A stretch of 64,000 nucleotides of DNA from a virus (Duplodnaviria; Caudoviricetes). Of this stretch, positions 52,095-62,901 are shown piece by piece. The notes beneath the pieces are model-generated. The model saw only the letters and a list, made by a program, of their open reading frames with translations, had not been told where the DNA came from and did no database searches. Every line of letters begins with the position of its first letter. Position 1 is the stretch's first letter. Location of the stretch: positions 1,765 through 65,764 of IMG/VR virus record IMGVR_UViG_3300036985_005960. One strand, written 5' to 3'. The position numbers and the translations under genes were made by a program.

Positions 52095-52853
52095 TTATAT
52101 CATAATAATATTATTTGTATCTACTTTTTTAGCGGGTTTAGTAAATGTATCTAATTCACCGTTTAAAAGCATAGCTTCTGCTGTACCATACCAATAATCA
52201 TATTCTCTCCAATAATTTTCTAAACTTTTTACAAAGTATTGATTCTTTTCTTGATTATGTGATTCTTTTATGAACATATATGTACCTAATAAAAATAAGC
52301 CTATGTCTTTCGTCTTATAAACCTTCTTAAAGTTTTTGACAGTCATATCAGTTATTCTTCTTAAATTTACATTTGTCCAGGTACTGAAATGTTTATCCCA
52401 ATGTTTATTTTTACTAGCATTAGAAGTAGGGAACATATTCATAAACATAAAGAAGAATGGAGCCATAATAGCATTATCACATTTTTCATTATATTGCTTA
52501 TAATCAGATCCTTTAAACATATCGCCAAAGAAATGAATTGATAATCTTTTAACAATATTTCCAGTTTCGAGCGTTAATATAGGTAAAGAAGAATTTATAT
52601 TTTTAGATTTAATTTTACTTGATTTATCATCAAATAACGCTAAACCTTCTTTAGAAATTTTTCCATTTTTTATATAGCCTCTTTGGATTATTGATAAAAA
52701 GTCTTCATCTTTTATTTCAATTTGATGAGTTCCGGTTGCAGCCCAAAATAATATGGCAAGAGCAGCAGTATGATTTAAACCACTATTCTTTGATATAATT
52801 TTTGATTGTGCAATAATACTTTTACAGTATTCATTTATTTCTATTTCTCCCAT
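52095..52853 (-). CDS. Hypothetical protein in the replication module
   Basis: 252-aa ORF between polA and the helicase. Confidence 0.55.
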   Translation of the reverse strand: MGEIEINEYCKSIIAQSKIISKNSGLNHTAALAILFWAATGTHQIEIKDEDFLSIIQRGYIKNGKISKEGLALFDDKSSKIKSKNINSSLPILTLETGNIVKRLSIHFFGDMFKGSDYKQYNEKCDNAIMAPFFFMFMNMFPTSNASKNKHWDKHFSTWTNVNLRRITDMTVKNFKKVYKTKDIGLFLLGTYMFIKESHNQEKNQYFVKSLENYWREYDYWYGTAEAMLLNGELDTFTKPAKKVDTNNIIMI

Positions 52854-53521
52854 ACTGAACTTAGTTTACCTTCACATTTTTGTAATTTATTATCTAAGAC
52901 AAATTCTCCTGCTTCTTCCATAATTTTAGATTTAATCTTCAACCATTCTTCAGCAAAATCATCAGTTACTTTAGTTAAAATTTCATCATGTATACTAAAT
53001 AAAAATTTAATTTTGTCTGTTAAATTATTATTTTCGATATACTTTTTAATTAAAACTGCAGCGTATTTAGACATATTAGCAGAACTTCCTTGAATAGGCA
53101 TATTCATTGCTTCTCGAAAGATAGCATTTTCTTCACTTCTATTATCAGGGCTTTCAAAGAATCTAATTCTTCCAAAGACATCTTTAGTTCTAATATGCAA
53201 TTTTGTAACTGCTTTTTCAGCACCATCTGATAAATAAGAGTGCAATTTAGGAAATGCATTTCTAAATCTTTGTACTAAATCATCACCGGTAATAACATCA
53301 GGTAAAAATAATCCTTCTTGACGTTTTGTTTTAACAAAAGTTTTCTTGGATATTTTATTTGATTTTCCATTATGGTTTTCTAGACAAAACAATTTATACT
53401 CTTCCGCAGAATTATTGATTAAATCTTCAATTTCATTAGGAAATGCTTCGATAAGCGATTCTGTAGTAGCATGAAGATTCAAACTTTCTGCTAACCCAAT
53501 AGCAGATTTTCCATACATTAT
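52841..53521 (-). CDS. polA: DNA polymerase family A, exon 2
   Basis: Begins ATA ATG TAT GGA (IMYG), completing motif B. Contains FPKL, GRIR, NMPIQGSSA and motif C IHDEI. Confidence 0.92.
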   Translation of the reverse strand: MMYGKSAIGLAESLNLHATTESLIEAFPNEIEDLINNSAEEYKLFCLENHNGKSNKISKKTFVKTKRQEGLFLPDVITGDDLVQRFRNAFPKLHSYLSDGAEKAVTKLHIRTKDVFGRIRFFESPDNRSEENAIFREAMNMPIQGSSANMSKYAAVLIKKYIENNNLTDKIKFLFSIHDEILTKVTDDFAEEWLKIKSKIMEEAGEFVLDNKLQKCEGKLSSVWEK

Positions 53522-54666
53522 CAGTTTTGTTATCGTATAGGCTCTTTATCCTATACCTCTGTAGTTTCATTTTGTTATTTCTACAGCTCAGACTATATCA
53601 TCACCTTATAAAAGGTGTTGGATGTTCGTGGATATATTATATTCTAATTATTCTTATATAGGCATATAAGTATATAATCTCTACAATCTAGGGCCTAAAT
53701 CCTATTAGTATTCATATTATAATTAGTTTCAATATCTAGTCGTTGAACCCGCATTAACCATTTAGATTAATGATAGGCTGCTGATTGTCCTCTACAGGAG
53801 TTTCCAGCAATTTATCCAATTTTATTTCGGCTTAATGTTAAAATATTAAACACTTTTAATCTTTTTCTTTCTAAACAAACATTGTAATTATTATATAAAA
53901 GATTGTAAAAATTAATTCTTCCTTCACTTAAGATTTGAACATCATAAATAGGATTTATTGAATTTTTATCACCTTTTTCACGGTAATTACATTTTATACT
54001 ATTTTCATTGAAATAATTTAATAATTGATCTCTAAATAAAGGGCTACTAGTAGTTATTTTTGGTATATTATTAGTTGAACATGAGCCATCACCATCAAAA
54101 ACACCTCTAATGAAATGCCCAGTGATTTCTCCTAAATAATTTAATGTTCTACTCTTTGCAGATGTTAAACCTAGATTATTTAAAAATTCATGTACTTCTT
54201 TGTTTCCTGTGCTAAAACCCATAGATTCATTACCATTTTTATTTAAGCAAGATACTAATTTAATATCTTTACATAAAAAATCACGAAATAAAATCATATG
54301 AAATCTATCATCATTTGCCTGATAACAACTAAAGTAGTATTTTGAAGCAGAAATATATCCATCTGCTGCTAGAAATCCTAACCAATATTGAGTTTCTGGA
54401 TTATCTAAATCAATAAACGGATTATGATTCATAATTCTATTTTGACCACCGCTACCTTTTTTAGTCTTTAAATTAAATTTTTTTAATTTTCTATGCAAAG
54501 TTTGTCTACTAATATTTAATCTAGTAGAAATTTCTTGAGAAGTTAAATTTTCTTCAATTAGATCTTTTATTTTTTGTTTGTATATTTCTTCCATATATAA
54601 ATATATGAAATTTATTTAACTCTTGTAAGTTAATAGACCAAAAATAACATTTTGTAACTTTTGTTA
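53522..54666 (-). mobile_element. Group I self-splicing intron in polA
   Basis: Exon 1 ends in U and the intron ends in G. P AATTGCTGGAAA (53801-53812), Q AATCAGCAG (53778-53786), R GTTCAACGACTA (53737-53748), S GATATAGTC (53591-53599). Splicing restores KAVSFG|IMYG. Confidence 0.93.
53812..54594 (-). CDS. Intron-encoded LAGLIDADG homing endonuclease with N-terminal HTH
   Basis: YWLGFLAADG and HFIRGVFDGDG motifs; N-terminal SQEISTRLNISRQTL HTH. Confidence 0.92.
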   Translation of the reverse strand: MEEIYKQKIKDLIEENLTSQEISTRLNISRQTLHRKLKKFNLKTKKGSGGQNRIMNHNPFIDLDNPETQYWLGFLAADGYISASKYYFSCYQANDDRFHMILFRDFLCKDIKLVSCLNKNGNESMGFSTGNKEVHEFLNNLGLTSAKSRTLNYLGEITGHFIRGVFDGDGSCSTNNIPKITTSSPLFRDQLLNYFNENSIKCNYREKGDKNSINPIYDVQILSEGRINFYNLLYNNYNVCLERKRLKVFNILTLSRNKIG

Positions 54667-56280
54667 ACCGAAACTCACGGCTTTACTCCAACCGCGGAAT
54701 TTGTCTCCATCTTTAGTTTTAGGCTTACCTTTAGGGGAAGGATCTTCACCACAAGCAATCCATTCTTTAGGAAACATCATAGAAGCACAAATACTGTGCA
54801 TATCCCAACCATTTTTCAATGATTCTAAGATGATATCTTCTTCAGATAAAGTTGCAGCAACTACAATCTCTTGACTAGAATAATCTATTCCACATATTTG
54901 CCATCCCTTTTCTGGGTAAAAGCATCCTCTATATTCACCTTCTTTTGGAAGAAGCTGAAATAATTTCATAGAAGTTCTACCAGTTTGTACAATTTGATTA
55001 ATATCTGGTATTCTCAGCATACCATCCTCATCAACTGCATCAAGAAAATTTTGACCATAAGACGAATAAAGTTTTGAAGCCTTCATATATCTTTGATAAA
55101 TACTAACAAGAGGGTGTTTCAATTTCTTAATAGTATCTTTGTTTACTGCTTCTAATGTTGGATCAATTAATTTAAATAATTGTAAAGTTTGAATAGGAGA
55201 ATTAAGATTCAATAATATTGTACCTTTCGCAATGAATAATCCAGAATCGGCAAGAAATTGCTGATGATTTTGAATAAAGTATAATTCTAATTTCTCAAAA
55301 TTACGTGCCAAAAACAATTCTATAGGTTGAAGATCAACATCAGTTTTAGTATCAATCAACAGATTATAAAACTTCTTATAAGCTGGTAATGCAGTACATT
55401 CAGAAGGTAATGAAGGATATACTAATCTCATTAAATCTTTCTTCATTTTACCGGAACCCCAGGAAAACAAATAAGTATCTTGAGCTTGTATAAATTCAAG
55501 TTCTTCACATTCTGCTCTTAAATCGGCTTTTATAAAGTCAAACAATTCGATTTGAATTTCCTTTAATTCTTTTTCTTTGACAAGCATTATACTTCTCCAC
55601 TTTTCTTGATTCAAATAAAGATTATTTAATAATCCATCAGAGAATGGTCTAATAACAGCACATTCAAGTCTAACAGTATTTTCTAATCCCCATTTATCAA
55701 TATCAACCTGTAGAGCGTCATGAAGCTTACCTAATAATGCAACATCTGTGGCAGCATAAAGTATTTGTTCAATAGACATTGGTTCAGTTGTAAAGGTAGT
55801 TTGAGAAGCTTTATCAATATCAATCCTTAAGTAGCGTTGTAAACATCCAGCTAAACCATGAAAACCTTTAGGCATTAGTAATCCAGTATAGAGAATCTTA
55901 CTCATCAAGAATGTGTCTCTAATTTTATCAATATCAATACCAAAAGCTTTTTGAATAATTGAATATTCAAACATAGCATTATGTATAATTTTTTGTATAT
56001 TATTATTAGATAAACATTTCTTCAAAGAATTCAATTTAATACTTGATAATCCAATTATATCAAAAATCCATTGATCTTTACCTTCATAGTCTCCTATTTG
56101 AACAACATATAATTCTCTATGAATTAATTTATCAACAACATTAGTCTCTGTATCCAATTGAATCCTATTATGTAAACTAATCCAATTTTCGAATTCTTTT
56201 GCGCTAGATAATTGAATGTCTTCAGATGCAAGTTGTATAGGATCATAATGATTTTCTCGACTCGTTATTAGATATATCAT
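54667..56280 (-). CDS. polA: DNA polymerase family A, exon 1 (3'-5' exonuclease plus polymerase motifs A and part of B)
   Basis: LDTET, HNAMFE, YAATDV exonuclease motifs; TGR, motif A IDYSSQE, DMHS, R..SKAVSFG. Confidence 0.92.
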
Positions 56281-56686
56281 TTTTTAAATTTAAATTAAAT
56301 TGTTTATTATTTTCCATAGCAATAATGTATTCTTTAGTATCTTTACTAAATTCTTTTACTTTAAGCCTAGGAAAACCTGGATTTTTTATATATCCTAAAT
56401 CTTCATACTTTTTTATAAGAGATATTTGACCTTCAGATAATTTTAATCCATTAGGAATTACAATCATATTAAATGGTACATCAAAGTAACCCATTAATAC
56501 TACTTTAGGAGTTCCTAATATATTATCTTTAATCACTCCAACACCATAGTATTTAGAAGATTTCTTTTTGTATAATCCAGCTTCAATAAGAGTTATTCTT
56601 TCACTACTAATAAAAGGATAAATTTTATCTTTGCATTTTTCATTGTATTCCGCATTTATTAATACAGACTCAGTTTTCACATCCAT
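56243..56686 (-). CDS. Hypothetical protein
   Basis: 147-aa ORF. Confidence 0.5.
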   Translation of the reverse strand: MDVKTESVLINAEYNEKCKDKIYPFISSERITLIEAGLYKKKSSKYYGVGVIKDNILGTPKVVLMGYFDVPFNMIVIPNGLKLSEGQISLIKKYEDLGYIKNPGFPRLKVKEFSKDTKEYIIAMENNKQFNLNLKNDISNNESRKSL

Positions 56687-56687
56687 T

Positions 56688-57131
56688 TCATTCTAATTTA
56701 TTAAATATATTATTTAAGAGTTTTTGAGATAAAGTAAACGCTTCTAAATCAAAATTTGATAACTCTTTTCTAGGTACTAACGTTATAGATTCACATTGTA
56801 ATTTATTATTAAATGTTGCAATAACAGTTTCCCCTTTCGTAGGCAAAAATTCTATATCTTCTAATTGATTAAACCATAAAGTACCACTACAAAAACAATG
56901 TTTGACTTCTTCAAATAAACATTCCTCTCGATGACCTAATATGGATAATACTTCCATTAATTTTTCTTTTGAAGCAACACGCAAATTAACTATAAACCTA
57001 GATTTACTACCATCATTTATAAGATAAGACGGTTTTACTGTTGTTGCACATTTGCAAAGAAAAGTTCCTGGCTTTAATATCTGATATAGATATAAATGCT
57101 CTCTTTTAAAAATCGGGGCATTATTTATCAT
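56688..57131 (-). CDS. Hypothetical protein
   Basis: 147-aa ORF, translationally coupled. Confidence 0.5.
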   Translation of the reverse strand: MINNAPIFKREHLYLYQILKPGTFLCKCATTVKPSYLINDGSKSRFIVNLRVASKEKLMEVLSILGHREECLFEEVKHCFCSGTLWFNQLEDIEFLPTKGETVIATFNNKLQCESITLVPRKELSNFDLEAFTLSQKLLNNIFNKLE

Positions 57132-58546
57132 AATCCTAATTCATTTTTAATTGATTCAGGTAATAAACTTTGTGATACTTTATATTTTTTATTGTAAATG
57201 AACAAAATATTTTTTGCTCTTGTACAAGAAACATATAAAGACTGAAGTTTATTTTTGACTTTATTTTTAGTTACAGATAAAATATCATCTTCAAAGACAA
57301 TTACATTATTATAAGTAGAACCCTGACTTCGATGACTATTGTTTGCAATAGCATATTCAAATTCACAAAATTCTTCTTTAAATTTATAATAGTCTTTCCA
57401 TTGACGTTTATCCATTTCCGCTGCTCTTTTTAAAGTAAGCAACATATCATTATATAACAATTTACCTCTCTTAGTATCTAATACTACTATTTGTTGATTA
57501 GTGGTTTCAGATATTGGATTAGGATCTAATTTTAAAGACAAACACGGAATGTTATGTGGTCCATTTATCTCAATAAAAGATACGATTTTAAAACATTGAT
57601 TATTATGTATTAAACCATTTTTGTATCCACCTGAACTAATAACAACTTCTCCACTAATAAATTGAGGGAACTCATCGTAATTAGATGTACCTAATTGATC
57701 TTTGTATAGATGAACTCTCATTTCAGTATTAATAATATCGATAGTTTTTCTACGATATGCAATAGATCGTAAATCATTTATACCATTATCTTTGGTATGA
57801 TACAATTTAGTAATTCTAATAACATCTTCTATATTATTAAGATATATAACTCCTTTACCGTCTTCACTGATTTCACTTGTTCTTTTATCAAATCCGCGTC
57901 TTGTGGCAAATTCATTTATAAGATATTTTGATCCAGCCTTACCAGAATTTATAACAGAAATTTCATCTCTAATAACTTGTGCTAATTCATAAATATGACC
58001 TCCGTATCGGACTGATTTTAAAAGTTCAGCTTTAGTAAACTTAAAACTTACAGAATCTGTTTCATTGATTTCATTAACAGCAGGTAATTGAAATGGATCT
58101 CCAGTATAAATAACTTTTGCTTTAGTGCTTTTAAAGTGCATAACAAGATTATGAGTATTCTCATCAACCATACTACACTCATCAATCACAATTATATTTG
58201 CATCCTCAATAGGTAATCTAAAATTTTCATTAAATTTATCTATTCTTGGTACAAAAGAAATTTCGCCATCTTCATCAATAGTCTGTCGCATGTTAAGCAA
58301 TTTTGCAATTGTCATACAAGTAGCAACAGAACCTAAGATGTCTTCCAACACTGATTTCGCAACGTGAGATACGGTAGCAGCAATTATATTATCATAGCCT
58401 GTTAAAACATTCTTTAAAATAGTAGATTTGCCTGCACCTGCTACACCTTTCAAAGTAAATATTTCTTCTGATTCAGATTCTAGAAATGCTAGCATAGAAT
58501 CGGCAACAATTTGTTGTTCGGGTGTTAATATTATTTTTTCGCTCAT
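57128..58546 (-). CDS. Dda/RecD-like SF1B DNA helicase
   Basis: GVAGAGKS, IDECSM, GDPFQL, HRSQGSTY, YVSCTRA. Confidence 0.9.
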   Translation of the reverse strand: MSEKIILTPEQQIVADSMLAFLESESEEIFTLKGVAGAGKSTILKNVLTGYDNIIAATVSHVAKSVLEDILGSVATCMTIAKLLNMRQTIDEDGEISFVPRIDKFNENFRLPIEDANIIVIDECSMVDENTHNLVMHFKSTKAKVIYTGDPFQLPAVNEINETDSVSFKFTKAELLKSVRYGGHIYELAQVIRDEISVINSGKAGSKYLINEFATRRGFDKRTSEISEDGKGVIYLNNIEDVIRITKLYHTKDNGINDLRSIAYRRKTIDIINTEMRVHLYKDQLGTSNYDEFPQFISGEVVISSGGYKNGLIHNNQCFKIVSFIEINGPHNIPCLSLKLDPNPISETTNQQIVVLDTKRGKLLYNDMLLTLKRAAEMDKRQWKDYYKFKEEFCEFEYAIANNSHRSQGSTYNNVIVFEDDILSVTKNKVKNKLQSLYVSCTRAKNILFIYNKKYKVSQSLLPESIKNELGL

Positions 58547-59532
58547 AATTTTATTTGTTTTCCATTATTTAATTTGCATAATGAAATTGCATTTTTATTC
58601 GTAATACCAGTATTAAAAATAAAAACTTGATTATTCAATATTAAACTAGACGGCATAAAATCTTCTCCATCGTTTAATATTATTAGCTTTTGATTAAAAA
58701 ATCTTTTAGATATTTGCTTGAATAGCTTCTCATAATCAATATCCATAGAATAATATTGTGTTGTAGAAAATTTATTTAACTTTTCTTCTAAGGTCTTTAG
58801 AATAATAAATTCTCCATTACAATAATAATGAATATCTTTGTTCATATAAGAAATAAAAGATTTTAACAAATTACTTATTGTCCTATTATGTTCAGACGAC
58901 ATAGAACTAGAAGTATCTTCTATAAATATTAGAAAAGATTTTTTATCATCATCTAATTCATTATGTTTACCTGATTCTTTAGTTAGAATATAACTATAAT
59001 CCGGCCTCATTAAATTATGTTTCTTTAATGATAATGGTTTCTTAAATCCAATTATTTTATTTTTAGTCTTACAGCTATCTTCTTCATAACTGAGTAAACT
59101 ATTAATGGAATTTAAAATATCATTATACTGAAGATTCTCATAAGTACATAAATTATTATCTAATTTGAAATCAAGATTATTTTTGTAATTAGTCAGATTA
59201 TCTTCAACATCATTAATGGTATTATTTTCTATCATCAATAAATCTGTCTTATTTCCTAAATACTTAAGAACATACAGAGCTTGATGCAATACATTAGACT
59301 CAGACTTGTAAATACTTATAATATTATCTGGTATCTTTGATAGAAAATCAGTAATCTCATCTTCTACAGCAAATATATATTTATTAGATCTATTTTTATG
59401 TACAATAAAATGTATCAAATCATGAAGAAATCCAACAGGTAAATAAAAATTATAACCGGTATATTCTTTATCTAATTCAATATTACAGAGATTTACTACA
59501 CAGTTACTTTTTATTACTCTAGGATGGTACAT
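58543..59532 (-). CDS. vWA (MIDAS) domain protein
   Basis: IEDTSSSM (DxSxS) and ILNDGED; directly downstream of the MoxR-like ATPase. Confidence 0.65.
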   Translation of the reverse strand: MYHPRVIKSNCVVNLCNIELDKEYTGYNFYLPVGFLHDLIHFIVHKNRSNKYIFAVEDEITDFLSKIPDNIISIYKSESNVLHQALYVLKYLGNKTDLLMIENNTINDVEDNLTNYKNNLDFKLDNNLCTYENLQYNDILNSINSLLSYEEDSCKTKNKIIGFKKPLSLKKHNLMRPDYSYILTKESGKHNELDDDKKSFLIFIEDTSSSMSSEHNRTISNLLKSFISYMNKDIHYYCNGEFIILKTLEEKLNKFSTTQYYSMDIDYEKLFKQISKRFFNQKLIILNDGEDFMPSSLILNNQVFIFNTGITNKNAISLCKLNNGKQIKL

Positions 59533-60637
59533 CAGGATAAAGAGATTTTATATTTTTATATTTTATATCTAATGAATACATTAATTTAGAAGAGTGTTCC
59601 TCTACAGATATTAATAATTGATCGACAACTTTACTATTAGTATTAGAGAATTCAAACTTGTTTAAAAGATTCCTCACTAATATTAATTCATAAAGATTAC
59701 CTTCAAAATTATTACTAGAATTGATAACAGACAATCTCTCTCTAATCACTTTGAAAATGCCATTTTCAATAAGTAACTTAGATTTTAATTTAGTCTGAGT
59801 TTTATAAATATCAATCTTAGAAGTATCAATACCAGAAACAGTATCCAAATAATTTATATTTAATTTTAAAATAACATCTCCGCCTGCAGCAGCAATACGG
59901 GGACTAACTATTGTTTTAGTATTAGCACATAATTCAGATAGCAAAAGAAATTCATTTTCTTTTCCTTCGATTTTTTCTTTAAAATAAATTTCGAAAAATT
60001 TATAATAAGATTCAGCACTAAAATCCTTCCACACCATTAAATGTTGTAAAGGAAAACGTTCATTATAAAAAGCTTTTAAAGTATCACTATAATTGAGATC
60101 TTGAGGAGATTTATTTCCAATAATGATAATATTCGAAATTTTACTTTCTTTAAAAATATTACCTTCTCTTAAACCTCTTTGTGAAATAATATCTTTCAAA
60201 CAAGCAGCAACAGTAGGAGGAATATCAAGTCCTTCTTCTAATACTAATACGCTTGGTTTACAAAATATACTATTTTCAAAGGCAGTTTCTATTTTACTTT
60301 CATTTAGTAATTTTTGTAAATTAGGTATACCAAGTAATTCTTCTGTTGTACATTCTTCATGTCCAACTTTAAATGTTAAAGGAATTCCTAATAATTCAAA
60401 AAATGAAACTACTAATTTAGATTTACTAAATCCTCCAGGTCCGAACAAAATAACATTTTGTCCTGTCGCGATTGAAGTATATAATACTTTAATAGATTCC
60501 TCTTGAAAAATAAAATTTTTACTGAGCTCTTCTGTTACTTCTTCTAATGAAACTTCTAAAACTCTTGCTGATATCTTTTCGCTAATAATAGCGTTAGTAT
60601 CCTCAAGATCGAATTTTATTTCATCAAATTTTTTCAT
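59519..60637 (-). CDS. MoxR/RavA-like AAA+ ATPase
   Basis: VILFGPGGFSKS, EELLG, VLEE, GN, ERF. Confidence 0.75.
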   Translation of the reverse strand: MKKFDEIKFDLEDTNAIISEKISARVLEVSLEEVTEELSKNFIFQEESIKVLYTSIATGQNVILFGPGGFSKSKLVVSFFELLGIPLTFKVGHEECTTEELLGIPNLQKLLNESKIETAFENSIFCKPSVLVLEEGLDIPPTVAACLKDIISQRGLREGNIFKESKISNIIIIGNKSPQDLNYSDTLKAFYNERFPLQHLMVWKDFSAESYYKFFEIYFKEKIEGKENEFLLLSELCANTKTIVSPRIAAAGGDVILKLNINYLDTVSGIDTSKIDIYKTQTKLKSKLLIENGIFKVIRERLSVINSSNNFEGNLYELILVRNLLNKFEFSNTNSKVVDQLLISVEEHSSKLMYSLDIKYKNIKSLYPDVPS

Positions 60638-61101
60638 TATTTTTTCATTAATTTCTCGTCAACTATTTCACCTAATCCTTTTAATGCACAGTTCACCAGA
60701 AATGAAGGATTCATAACTCCACGTATACTCATAGGCATATCAATAAATTGAGATCTGCCTAGACCATATTTTTTCTCAAAATTAACTGAATCTGTACCTG
60801 GATTATCAGAAGAATTAAATAGTTCAATTTTTTCTCGTAAATATTCAGCACATTTAGTATACCACATAGCTTTAACCATATCTTTTTCAATAGATACACC
60901 TTCTTTAATCCCGGCTCTATCTCGGTACTTGTCTACTTGCATAAAACATAAAGTCCATGCTAAGAATGTACCATAGCATCTCTCTTGTTTATCAATATAT
61001 TCTAGTACTGCTTGTTTATAATGTGCAGATGATCCAGTAGAACTATATTTTCCGCCATCTTTACTGCCTAATTCGTCTTTTTCAATTTTTTGTTCTTCCA
61101 T
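60637..61101 (-). CDS. DUF3310-like protein
   Basis: AHY...EYID...KYRDRAGIK...KDMVKAMWY. Confidence 0.65.
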   Translation of the reverse strand: MEEQKIEKDELGSKDGGKYSSTGSSAHYKQAVLEYIDKQERCYGTFLAWTLCFMQVDKYRDRAGIKEGVSIEKDMVKAMWYTKCAEYLREKIELFNSSDNPGTDSVNFEKKYGLGRSQFIDMPMSIRGVMNPSFLVNCALKGLGEIVDEKLMKK

Positions 61102-61102
61102 C

Positions 61103-61597
61103 TTATTTAGTTTTTAATCCAATTGGTAAATGTGTTTCTCTTGGTGTATTCAATTCCATCATAATATCTAACAAATCAGCTTTGTCTTTTGGTCTATTAT
61201 ATTGCAATTTAGCATCAAGAATAGCCTTTAAAGGTATTACAGAAAGGTCATTATCATATTTGGCATAACTGTTGATATATAAAAAATGTTTATAAGTAAT
61301 AAAATTTATAAAAACAGCTTTTCCTTTATGCAAAGCCTGTATATAAAATATATCTTTATCACGATCAGCAGTTGTAGTTGGCCCATAGCTCTCACTCTTA
61401 TAGTGAATATCAAAATTTTCTCTAATCCAATCTAATTGTCTTTGACTAAAACCATAGATAATAATATCTATGTCTTCTGTTTCTCTTTTTAAAACATCAT
61501 ATACATGCTTCAGAACATAGCTACCACCCAAAAATACATGATGAGTAGTAGTTACTGAGAATGATTCTAGTTTATGGAATATTTTCTTTAGTTCCAT
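61103..61597 (-). CDS. Pol-beta-superfamily nucleotidyltransferase-like protein
   Basis: GGSYVL...DIDII; C-terminal K...RPKDKADL. Start taken at the ATG at 61597. Confidence 0.6.
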   Translation of the reverse strand: MELKKIFHKLESFSVTTTHHVFLGGSYVLKHVYDVLKRETEDIDIIIYGFSQRQLDWIRENFDIHYKSESYGPTTTADRDKDIFYIQALHKGKAVFINFITYKHFLYINSYAKYDNDLSVIPLKAILDAKLQYNRPKDKADLLDIMMELNTPRETHLPIGLKTK

Positions 61598-61599
61598 AA

Positions 61600-62001
61600 T
61601 TATCCTTTTAAAGCAGTATATTCTTCTGCAGTAATATAAGACCATTGAATTCCATCAATAATTTTATTATCCTTGCATCTTTGTCTGATAGTTGTAGGAT
61701 TTAGTTTAACGTTATCAGCTGCAACAGCTGCATTACTAAATACTTTAACATATTTATTTTGTTCAATATTAAAATTTAATATCATCATAGGGCCGGTAGA
61801 CTCTCCAATAATAGCTAATTCTAACAATCCGTTTGCTCCATCATTAGTAATTAAATTACTAGCTGGTTCCAAAACTTCTGTAACGACTTCAGCAACTTTT
61901 TTAGATGGATCTAATTTTTCTAAAACTGAATCTACTAATAAATGGAATTTATCCAGTTCAATAGCATCAATTTCTTGAGGTTTATTTGTGTTTGGGTTCA
62001 T
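61600..62001 (-). CDS. Hypothetical protein with C-terminal NUMOD1-like HTH
   Basis: VFSNAAVAA...TTIRQRC...GIQWSY. Confidence 0.5.
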   Translation of the reverse strand: MNPNTNKPQEIDAIELDKFHLLVDSVLEKLDPSKKVAEVVTEVLEPASNLITNDGANGLLELAIIGESTGPMMILNFNIEQNKYVKVFSNAAVAADNVKLNPTTIRQRCKDNKIIDGIQWSYITAEEYTALKG

Positions 62002-62013
62002 ATTTAATTTTTA

Positions 62014-62868
62014 TTATAAATCGATTAATTTACTATGTTTTTCGGAATCTTCAACTTTACCGATAAATTTATTTATTGTTGGATTTTCAGGGAAATCAAA
62101 ACGAGGTTCACTGAGCATTCTTAGTAATACATAATTTTCTAAAAATATTGGTAAATAATCTTTTCCAAATTTTTCTATATATACATCACGAACAACACTA
62201 AAATAAGATTCATGCGTATCATCAGCTCTTTTTGCTAATATAGTATGACCTTTACTTGTTCTTTCGCCTGATTTATCTTGCCCTATTCCTGGTATACCAA
62301 TAATAGAATCTCCATTACAACCAGTAATACATTGAAGATACCATTCATATCTACTCATATCAGGAGTAAGAGTATGAAATTTCTTTTTGTTTGGATTATA
62401 GCATTTTACAGATTCATTAATCATATCAGCAATCTGGTAGAAATCATGATCTTCATACACCATTGTTATATCATACTCTTTATGATATTTAACAAGAGCT
62501 ATACTACAAAAATCATCAGATTCAATTTGTGACATAGCATGGGAATTCCATTTATCTCTCAAGTGATCTTTTAATGGTTTTTTAAAATAGTTGGACCAAG
62601 TATCAGTACGATTATTACGTGCTTCCTTATAAGGTCTTAGAGTTGCAACATCATATCTAAAGCATTTACTTCCCGGTTCCCCATGAGACATAATATAAAA
62701 ATCAGGATTGATTTTTTCTAAAACATCATGTATAAGTTTATCTAAAGCTTTCTTACATAATAACACTGATAAAGCAGTTTGATTATCTCTATGAGCCCAA
62801 GACGCAAGAAATATAAACATATCACTATCAATAATAGCTAAGGTAGGTTTTTTAGTTATTTCATTCAT
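62014..62868 (-). CDS. 5'-3' exonuclease/flap endonuclease (T5/T7 gp6-like)
   Basis: IIDSD, FRY, YK..R, ESDD, DHD, G...DSIIGIPGIG. Confidence 0.85.
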   Translation of the reverse strand: MNEITKKPTLAIIDSDMFIFLASWAHRDNQTALSVLLCKKALDKLIHDVLEKINPDFYIMSHGEPGSKCFRYDVATLRPYKEARNNRTDTWSNYFKKPLKDHLRDKWNSHAMSQIESDDFCSIALVKYHKEYDITMVYEDHDFYQIADMINESVKCYNPNKKKFHTLTPDMSRYEWYLQCITGCNGDSIIGIPGIGQDKSGERTSKGHTILAKRADDTHESYFSVVRDVYIEKFGKDYLPIFLENYVLLRMLSEPRFDFPENPTINKFIGKVEDSEKHSKLIDL

Positions 62869-62901
62869 TTATTAGTTTTTATTTATTTGTCAGTAATGGA
62901 A

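Noticed and set aside
52841-56280. polA as two separate genes or a pseudogene
   Set aside because: A group I intron with a complete P/Q/R/S core explains the break, and splicing restores motif B in frame.
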